A DNA stretch of 64,000 bases from Auanema rhodensis. Lineage: Eukaryota > Animalia > Nematoda. Position 1 is the stretch's first letter. Every line of letters begins with the position of its first letter. The position numbers were made by a program, and so were the translations under genes. The notes beneath the pieces were generated by a model. The model was given only the letters and a program-made list of their open reading frames with translations, was not told the origin of the DNA and made no database searches. The stretch is taken from positions 19,530,001 to 19,594,000 of the forward strand of contig OZ059897.1 of assembly GCA_964057225.1 (NCBI GenBank). The letters are read 5' to 3'. This document shows positions 1 to 9,600 of this stretch, piece after piece.

Positions 1-27
1 AAGTGTGAACTTATATCAGTTGATATC

Positions 28-94
28 TCGGTGCATTTTTAAGCTAGCGCAAATCTGATAACACAGATCGACGCAGCTTAAAAATCCGCATCGA
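28..94. other. Long imperfect inverted repeat (hairpin 1) present in every monomer
   Basis: ATTTTTAAGCT (35-45) is the exact reverse complement of AGCTTAAAAAT (75-85). GCG (47-49) pairs with CGC (72-74). ATCTG (53-57) pairs with CAGAT (64-68) around loop ATAACA. Outer TCGGTGC (28-34) pairs with GCATCGA (88-94) with one G-T pair and a CC bulge. Confidence 0.9.
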
Positions 95-168
95 ATGCAC
101 TATATTACATTGAGAAACACTTGATACAAAAATTAGTTATGATCGTTTGAAAAATGATGCATTAGTGT

Positions 169-196
169 ATGTTGAGTTTCCATGTACACTCAACAT
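169..196. other. Inverted repeat (hairpin 2), 9-bp perfect stem and 10-nt loop, in every monomer
   Basis: ATGTTGAGT (169-177) and ACTCAACAT (188-196), with loop TTCCATGTAC. Confidence 0.9.
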
Positions 197-209
197 TGCT
201 TCCAAAAAC

Positions 210-244
210 ATTTTGACAAAAATTTTTTCGAAAAATTTCAAAAT
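210..244. other. A/T-tract palindrome (dyad 3) centred on TTTTTCGAAAAA, in every monomer
   Basis: Perfect 12-bp palindrome at 224-235, flanked by ATTTTGA (210-216) and TCAAAAT (238-244). Confidence 0.85.
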
Positions 245-347
245 AAATTTAGCAAAAAGTAGATGTTTTAAAATTCCATTTTTCAAGGCAAAGACGATGG
301 ACAATGTTATTCAACGAAAAAATTAATTCTTCAGGGTGAAAATCGAG

Positions 348-369
348 GATATAAGTGTGAACTTATATC
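348..369. other. Inverted repeat (hairpin 4), 9-bp perfect stem and GTGA tetraloop, once per monomer
   Basis: GATATAAGT (348-356), GTGA (357-360), ACTTATATC (361-369). Confidence 0.9.
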
Positions 370-703
370 AGTTGATATCTCGGTGCTTTTTTAAGCTAGC
401 GCAAATCTGATAACACAGATCGACGCAGCTTAAAAATCCGCATCGAATGCACTATACTACATTGAGAAAAACTTAATACAAAAATTAGTTATGATCGTTT
501 GAAAAATGATGCATTAGTGTATGTTGAGTTTCCATGTACACTCAACATTGCTTCCAAAAACATTTTGACAAAAATTTTTTCGAAAAATTTCAAAATAATT
601 TAGCAAAAAGTAGATGTTTTTAGATTCCATTTTTCAAGGCAAAGACGATAGACAATGTTATTCAACGAAAAAGTTAATTCTTCAGGGTGAAAATCGAGGA
701 TAT
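353..703. repeat. Representative 351-bp monomer (arbitrary phase), with A/T tracts and single EcoRV, NheI, NsiI, BsrGI and BstBI sites
   Basis: In monomer-1 coordinates: GATATC 22-27, GCTAGC 43-48, ATGCAT 157-162, TGTACA 183-188, TTCGAA 227-232. These recur in essentially every copy. Confidence 0.97.
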
Positions 704-3700
704 AAGTGTGAACTTATATCAGTTGATATCTCGGTGCATTTTTAAGCTAGCGCAAATCTGATAACACAGATCGACGCAGCTTAAAAATCCGCATCGAATG
801 CACTATATTACATTGAGAAACACTTGATACAAAAATTAGTTATGATCGTTTGAAAAATGATGCATTAGTGTATGTTGAGTTTCCATGTACACTCAACATT
901 GCTTCCAAAAACATTTTGACAAAAATTTTTTCGAAAAATTTCAAAATAAATTTAGCAAAAAGTAGATGTTTTAAGATTCCATTTTTCAAGGCAAAGACGA
1001 TGGACAATGTTATTCAACGAAAAAATTAATTCTTCAGGGTGAAAATCGAGGATATAAGTGTGAACTTATATCAGTTGATATCTCGGTGCTTTTTTAAGCT
1101 AGCGCAAATCTGATAACACAGATCGACGCAGCTTAAAAATCCGCATCGAATGCACTATACTACATTGAGAAAAACTTAATACAAAAATTAGTTATGATCG
1201 TTTGAAAAATGATGCATTAGTGTATGTTGAGTTTCCATGTACACTCAACATTGCTTCCAAAAACATTTTGACAAAAATTTTTTCGAAAAATTTCAAAATA
1301 ATTTAGCAAAAAGTAGATGTTTTTAGATTCCATTTTTCAAGGCAAAGACGATGGACAATGTTATTCAAGGAAAAAGTTAATTCTTCAGGGTGAAAATCGA
1401 GGATATAAGTGTGAACTTATATCAGTTGATATCTCGGTGCATTTTTAAGCTAGCGCAAATCTGAAAACACAGATCGACGCAGCTTAAAAATCCGCATCGA
1501 ATGCACTATACTACATTGAGAAAAACTTAATACAAAAATTAGTTATGATCGTTTGAAAAATGATGCATTAGTGTATGTTGAGTTTCCATGTACACTCAAC
1601 ATTGCTTCCAAAAACATTTTGACAAAAATTTTTTCGAAAAATTTCAAAATAATTTAGCAAAAAGTAGATGTTTTAAGATTCCATTTTTCAAGGCAAAGAC
1701 GATGGACAATGTTATTCAACGAAAAAATTAATTCTTCAGGGTGAAAATCGAGGATATAAGTGTGAACTTATATCAGTTGATATCTCGGTGCATTTTTAAG
1801 CTAGCGCAAATCTGAAAACACAGATCGACGCAGCTTAAAAATCCGCATCGAATGCACTATACTACATTGAGAAAAACTTAATACAAAAATTAGTTATGAT
1901 CGTTTGAAAAATGATGCATTAGTGTATGTTGAGTTTCCATGTACACTCAACATTGCTTCCAAAAACATTTTGACAAAAATTTTTTCGAAAAATTTCAAAA
2001 TAATTTAGCAAAAAGTAGATGTTTTTAGATTCCTTTTTTCAAGGCAAAGACGATGGACAATGTTATTCAACGAAAAAATTATTTCTTCAGGGTGAAAATC
2101 GAGGATATAAGTGTGAACTTATATCAGTTGATATCTCGGTGCATTTTTAAGCTAGCGCAAATCTGATAACACAGATCGACGCAGCTTAAAAATCCGCATC
2201 GAATGCACTATATTACATTGAAAAACGCTTAATACAAGAATTAGTTATGATCGTTTGAAAAATGATGCATTAGTGTATGTTGAGTTTCCATGTACACTCA
2301 ACATTGCTTCCAAAAACATTTTGACAAAAATTTTTTCGAAAAATTTCAAAATAATTTAGCAAAAAGTAGATGTTTTTAGATTCCTTTTTTCAAGGCAAAG
2401 ACGATGGACAATGTTATTCAACGAGAAAATTAATTCTTCAGGGTGAAAATCGAGGATATAAGTGTGAACTTATATCAGTTGATATCTCGGTGCATTTTTA
2501 AGCTAGCGCAAATCTGATAACACAGATCGACGCAGCTTAAAAATCCGCATCGAATGCACTATACTACATTGAGAAAAGCTTAATACAAAAATTAGTTATG
2601 ATCGTTAGAAAAATGATGCATTAGTGTATGTTGAGTTTCCATGTACACTCAACATTGCTTCCAAAAACATTTTGACAAAAATTTTTTCGAAAAATTTCAA
2701 AATAATTTAGCAAAAAGTAGATGTTTTTAGATTCCTTTTTTCAAGGCAAAGACGATGGACAATGTTATTCAACGAGAAAATTAATTCTTCAGGGTGAAAA
2801 TCGAGGATATAAGTGTGAACTTATATCAGTTGATATCTCGGTGCATTTTTAAGCTAGCGCAAATCTGATAACACAGATCGACGCAGCTTAAAAATCCGCA
2901 TCGAATGCACTATACTACATTGAGAAAAGCTTAATACAAAAATTAGTTATGATCGTTAGAAAAATGATGCATTAGTGTATGTTGAGTTTCCATGTACACT
3001 CAACATTGCTTCCAAAAACATTTTGACAAAAATTTTTTCGAAAAATTTCAAAATAATTTAGCAAAAAGTAGATGTTTTTAGATTCCTTTTTTCAAGGCAA
3101 AGACGATGGACAATGTTATTCAACGAGAAAATTAATTCTTCAGGGTGAAAATTGAGGATATAAGTGTGAACTTATATCAGTTGATATCTCGGTGCATTTT
3201 TAAGCTAGCGCAAATCTGATAACACAGATCGACGCAGCTTAAAAATCCGCATCGAATGCACTATACTACATTGAGAAAAGCTTAATACAAAAATTAGTTA
3301 TGATCGTTAGAAAAATGATGCATTAGTGTATGTTGAGTTTCCATGTACACTCAACATTGCTTCCAAAAACATTTTGACAAAAATTTTTTCGAAAAATTTC
3401 AAAATAATTTAGCAAAAAGTAGATGTTTTTAGATTCCTTTTTTCAAGGCAAAGACGATGGACAATGTTATTCAACGAGAAAATTAATTCTTCAGGGTGAA
3501 AATCGAGGATATAAGTGTGAACTTATATCAGTTGATATCTCGGTGCATTTTTAAGCTAGCGCAAATCTGATAACACAGATCGACGCAGCTTAAAAATCCG
3601 CATCGAATGCACTATATTACATTGAGAAACACTTGATACAAAAATTAGTTATGATCGTTTGAAAAATGATGCATTAGTGTATGTTGAGTTTCCATGTACA

Positions 3701-6672
3701 CTCAACATTGCTTCCAAAAACATTTTGACAAAAATTTTTTCGAAAAATTTCAAAATAAATTTAGCAAAAAGTAGATGTTTTAAGATTCCATTTTTCAAGG
3801 CAAAGACGATGGACAATGTTATTCAACGAAAAAATTAATTCTTCAGGGTGAAAATCGAGGATATAAGTGTGAACTTATATCAGTTGATATCTCGGTGCTT
3901 TTTTAAGCTAGCGCAAATCTGATAACACAGATCGACGCAGCTTAAAAATCCGCATCGAATGCACTATACTACATTGAGAAAAACTTAATACAAAAATTAG
4001 TTATGATCGTTTGAAAAATGATGCATTAGTGTATGTTGAGTTTCCATGTACACTCAACATTGCTTCCAAAAACATTTTGACAAAAATTTTTTCGAAAAAT
4101 TTCAAAATAATTTAGCAAAAAGTAGATGTTTTTAGATTCCATTTTTCAAGGCAAAGACGATGGACAATGTTATTCAAGGAAAAAGTTAATTCTTCAGGGT
4201 GAAAATCGAGGATATAAGTGTGAACTTATATCAGTTGATATCTCGGTGCATTTTTAAGCTAGCGCAAATCTGAAAACACAGATCGACGCAGCTTAAAAAT
4301 CCGCATCGAATGCACTATACTACATTGAGAAAAACTTAATACAAAAATTAGTTATGATCGTTTGAAAAATGATGCATTAGTGTATGTTGAGTTTCCATGT
4401 ACACTCAACATTGCTTCCAAAAACATTTTGACAAAAATTTTTTCGAAAAATTTCAAAATAATTTAGCAAAAAGTAGATGTTTTAAGATTCCATTTTTCAA
4501 GGCAAAGACGATGGACAATGTTATTCAACGAAAAAATTAATTCTTCAGGGTGAAAATCGAGGATATAAGTGTGAACTTATATCAGTTGATATCTCGGTGC
4601 ATTTTTAAGCTAGCGCAAATCTGAAAACACAGATCGACGCAGCTTAAAAATCCGCATCGAATGCACTATACTACATTGAGAAAAACTTAATACAAAAATT
4701 AGTTATGATCGTTTGAAAAATGATGCATTAGTGTATGTTGAGTTTCCATGTACACTCAACATTGCTTCCAAAAACATTTTGACAAAAATTTTTTCGAAAA
4801 ATTTCAAAATAATTTAGCAAAAAGTAGATGTTTTTAGATTCCTTTTTTCAAGGCAAAGACGATGGACAATGTTATTCAACGAAAAAATTATTTCTTCAGG
4901 GTGAAAATCGAGGATATAAGTGTGAACTTATATCAGTTGATATCTCGGTGCATTTTTAAGCTAGCGCAAATCTGATAACACAGATCGACGCAGCTTAAAA
5001 ATCCGCATCGAATGCACTATATTACATTGAAAAACGCTTAATACAAGAATTAGTTATGATCGTTTGAAAAATGATGCATTAGTGTATGTTGAGTTTCCAT
5101 GTACACTCAACATTGCTTCCAAAAACATTTTGACAAAAATTTTTTCGAAAAATTTCAAAATAATTTAGCAAAAAGTAGATGTTTTTAGATTCCTTTTTTC
5201 AAGGCAAAGACGATGGACAATGTTATTCAACGAGAAAATTAATTCTTCAGGGTGAAAATCGAGGATATAAGTGTGAACTTATATCAGTTGATATCTCGGT
5301 GCATTTTTAAGCTAGCGCAAATCTGATAACACAGATCGACGCAGCTTAAAAATCCGCATCGAATGCACTATACTACATTGAGAAAAGCTTAATACAAAAA
5401 TTAGTTATGATCGTTAGAAAAATGATGCATTAGTGTATGTTGAGTTTCCATGTACACTCAACATTGCTTCCAAAAACATTTTGACAAAAATTTTTTCGAA
5501 AAATTTCAAAATAATTTAGCAAAAAGTAGATGTTTTTAGATTCCTTTTTTCAAGGCAAAGACGATGGACAATGTTATTCAACGAGAAAATTAATTCTTCA
5601 GGGTGAAAATCGAGGATATAAGTGTGAACTTATATCAGTTGATATCTCGGTGCATTTTTAAGCTAGCGCAAATCTGATAACACAGATCGACGCAGCTTAA
5701 AAATCCGCATCGAATGCACTATACTACATTGAGAAAAGCTTAATACAAAAATTAGTTATGATCGTTAGAAAAATGATGCATTAGTGTATGTTGAGTTTCC
5801 ATGTACACTCAACATTGCTTCCAAAAACATTTTGACAAAAATTTTTTCGAAAAATTTCAAAATAATTTAGCAAAAAGTAGATGTTTTTAGATTCCTTTTT
5901 TCAAGGCAAAGACGATGGACAATGTTATTCAACGAGAAAATTAATTCTTCAGGGTGAAAATCGAGGATATAAGTGTGAACTTATATCAGTTGATATCTCG
6001 GTGCATTTTTAAGCTAGCGCAAATCTGATAACACAGATCGACGCAGCTTAAAAATCCGCATCGAATGCACTATACTACATTGAGAAAAGCTTAATACAAA
6101 AATTAGTTATGATCGTTAGAAAAATGATGCATTAGTGTATGTTGAGTTTCCATGTACACTCAACATTGCTTCCAAAAACATTTTGACAAAAATTTTTTCG
6201 AAAAATTTCAAAATAATTTAGCAAAAAGTAGATGTTTTTAGATTCCTTTTTTCAAGGCAAAGACGATGGACAATGTTATTCAACGAGAAAATTAATTCTT
6301 CAGGGTGAAAATTGAGGATATAAGTGTGAACTTATATCAGTTGATATCTCGGTGCATTTTTAAGCTAGCGCAAATCTGATAACACAGATCGACGCAGCTT
6401 AAAAATCCGCATCGAATGCACTATACTACATTGAGAAAAGCTTAATACAAAAATTAGTTATGATCGTTAGAAAAATGATGCATTAGTGTATGTTGAGTTT
6501 CCATGTACACTCAACATTGCTTCCAAAAACATTTTGACAAAAATTTTTTCGAAAAATTTCAAAATAATTTAGCAAAAAGTAGATGTTTTTAGATTCCTTT
6601 TTTCAAGGCAAAGACGATGGACAATGTTATTCAACGAGAAAATTAATTCTTCAGGGTGAAAATCGAGGATAT
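704..6672. repeat. Higher-order repeat: 8-monomer block (704-3512) duplicated as a 9-monomer block (3513-6672)
   Basis: Both blocks share the same ordered haplotypes: +A monomer, GCTTTT/AGGAAAAAG monomer, two CTGAAAA monomers, TACAAG monomer, then a run of CGTTAG/CGAG monomers. The period is 2809 bp and the second block has one extra CGTTAG monomer. Confidence 0.85.
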
Positions 6673-9600
6673 AAGTGTGAACTTATATCAGTTGATATCT
6701 CGGTGCATTTTTAAGCTAGCGCAAATCTGATAACACAGATCGACGCAGCTTAAAAATCCGCATCGAATGCACTATACTACATTGAGAAAAGCTTAATACA
6801 AAAATTAGTTATGATCGTTAGAAAAATGATGCATTAGTGTATGTTGAGTTTCCATGTACACTCAACATTGCTTCCAAAAACATTTTGACAAAAATTTTTT
6901 CGAAAAATTTCAAAATAATTTACCAAAAAGTAGATGTTTTTAGATTCCATTTTTCAAGGCAAAGACGATAGACAATGTTATTCAACGAAAAAGTTAATTC
7001 TTCAGGGTGAAAATCGAGGATATAAGTGTGAACTTATATCAGTTGATATCTCGGTGCATTTTTAAGCTAGCGCAAATCTGATAACACAGATCGACGCAGC
7101 TTAAAAATCCGCATCGAATGCACTATACTACATTGAGAAAAGCTTAATACAAAAATTAGTTATGATCGTTAGAAAAATGATGCATTAGTGTATGTTGAGT
7201 TTCCATGTACACTCAACATTGCTTCCAAAAACATTTTGACAAAAATTTTTTCGAAAAATTTCAGAATAATTTACCAAAACGTAGATGTTTTTAGATTCCA
7301 TTTTTCAAGGCAAAGACGATAGACAATGTTATTCAACGAAAAAGTTAATTCTTCAGGGTGAAAATCGAGGATATAAGTGTGAACTTATATCAGTTGATAT
7401 CTCGGTGCATTTTTAAGCTAGCGCAAATCTGATAACACAGATCGACGCAGCTTAAAAATCCGCATCGAATGCACTATACTACATTGAGAAAAGCTTAATA
7501 CAAAAATTAGTTATGATCGTTAGAAAAATGATGCATTAGTGTATGTTGAGTTTCCATGTACACTCAACATTGCTTCCAAAAACATTTTGACAAAAATTTT
7601 TTCGAAAAATTTCAAAATAATTTACCAAAAAGTAGATGTTTTTAGATTCCATTTTTCAAGGCAAAGACGATAGACAATGTTATTCAACGAAAAAGTTAAT
7701 TCTTCAGGGTGAAAATCGAGGATATAAGTGTGAACTTATATCAGTTGATATCTCGGTGCATTTTTAAGCTAGCGCAAATCTGATAACACAGATCGACGCA
7801 GCTTAAAAATCCGCATCGAATGCACTATATTACATTGAGAAACACTTGATACAAAAATTAGTTATGATCGTTTGAAAAATGATGCATTAGTGTATGTTGA
7901 GTTTCCATGTACACTCAACATTGCTTCCAAAAACATTTTGACAAAAATTTTTTCGAAAAATTTCAAAATAATTTAGCAAAAAGTAGATGTTTTTAGATTC
8001 CTTTTTTCAAGGCAAAGACGATGGACAATGTTATTCAACGAAAAAATTATTTCTTCAGGGTGAAAATCGAGGATATAAGTGTGAACTTATATCAGTTGAT
8101 ATCTCGGTGCATTTTTAAGCTAGCGCAAATCTGATAACACAGATCGACGCAGCTTAAAAATCCGCATCGAATGCACTATATTACATTGAAAAACGCTTAA
8201 TACAAGAATTAGTTATGATCGTTTGAAAAATGATGCATTAGTGTATGTTGAGTTTCCATGTACACTCAACATTGCTTCCAAAAACATTTTGACAAAAATT
8301 TTTTCGAAAAATTTCAAAATAATTTAGCAAAAAGTAGATGTTTTTAGATTCCTTTTTTCAAGGCAAAGACGATGGACAATGTTATTCAACGAGAAAATTA
8401 ATTCTTCAGGGTGAAAATCGAGGATATAAGTGTGAACTTATATCAGTTGATATCTCGGTGCATTTTTAAGCTAGCGCAAATCTGATAACACAGATCGACG
8501 CAGCTTAAAAATCCGCATCGAATGCACTATACTACATTGAGAAAAGCTTAATACAAAAATTAGTTATGATCGTTAGAAAAATGATGCATTAGTGTATGTT
8601 GAGTTTCCATGTACACTCAACATTGCTTCCAAAAACATTTTGACAAAAATTTTTTCGAAAAATTTCAAAATAATTTACCAAAAAGTAGATGTTTTTAGAT
8701 TCCATTTTTCAAGGCAAAGACGATAGACAATGTTATTCAACGAAAAAGTTAATTCTTCAGGGTGAAAATCGAGGATATAAGTGTGAACTTATATCAGTTG
8801 ATATCTCGGTGCATTTTTAAGCTAGCGCAAATCTGATAACACAGATCGACGCAGCTTAAAAATCCGCATCGAATGCACTATATTACATTGAGAAACACTT
8901 GATACAAAAATTAGTTATGATCGTTTGAAAAATGATGCATTAGTGTATGTTGAGTTTCCATGTACACTCAACATTGCTTCCAAAAACATTTTGACAAAAA
9001 TTTTTTCGAAAAATTTCAAAATAATTTAGCAAAAAGTAGATGTTTTTAGATTCCTTTTTTCAAGGCAAAGACGATGGACAATGTTATTCAACGAAAAAAT
9101 TATTTCTTCAGGGTGAAAATCGAGGATATAAGTGTGAACTTATATCAGTTGATATCTCGGTGCATTTTTAAGCTAGCGCAAATCTGATAACACAGATCGA
9201 CGCAGCTTAAAAATCCGCATCGAATGCACTATATTACATTGAAAAACGCTTAATACAAGAATTAGTTATGATCGTTTGAAAAATGATGCATTAGTGTATG
9301 TTGAGTTTCCATGTACACTCAACATTGCTTCCAAAAACATTTTGACAAAAATTTTTTCGAAAAATTTCAAAATAATTTACCAAAAAGTAGATGTTTTTAG
9401 ATTCCATTTTTCAAGGCAAAGACGATAGACAATGTTATTCAACGAAAAAGTTAATTCTTCAGGGTGAAAATCGAGGATATAAGTGTGAACTTATATCAGT
9501 TGATATCTCGGTGCATTTTTAAGCTAGCGCAAATCTGATAACACAGATCGACGCAGCTTAAAAATCCGCATCGAATGCACTATATTACATTGAGAAACAC

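Noticed and set aside
226-242. CENP-B box (TTCG....A..CGGG)
   Set aside because: Only the TTCG-N4-A part matches. The CGGG half is absent (TCAA instead).
270-345. Hammerhead ribozyme, as in newt, schistosome and cave-cricket satellites. The minus strand has CUGAAGA (plus 328-334 TCTTCAG) and a downstream GAAA.
   Set aside because: I could not form stem II between CUGAAGA and the GAAA, nor stems I and III around an NUH site. The plus-strand CTGATAA does not fit CUGANGA. An Infernal search against the Rfam hammerhead models would settle it.
1-352. Assignment to a named satellite of similar length, such as Drosophila 1.688 (353-359 bp) or Tribolium 350-360 bp satellites
   Set aside because: Only length, AT content and short motifs are similar. 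I cannot recognise extended homology, so a database search is required.
1-352. Tandem tRNA, 5S rRNA or snRNA gene array
   Set aside because: No cloverleaf or GTTCGA T-loop in the consensus, no recognisable 5S, U-snRNA or spliced-leader sequence, and no conserved-gene versus divergent-spacer partition.
28-369. Bacterial promoters or rho-independent terminators
   Set aside because: The stems are AT-rich, lack a following U-tract, and have no gene context. TATA-like words are expected by chance at about 69% AT.
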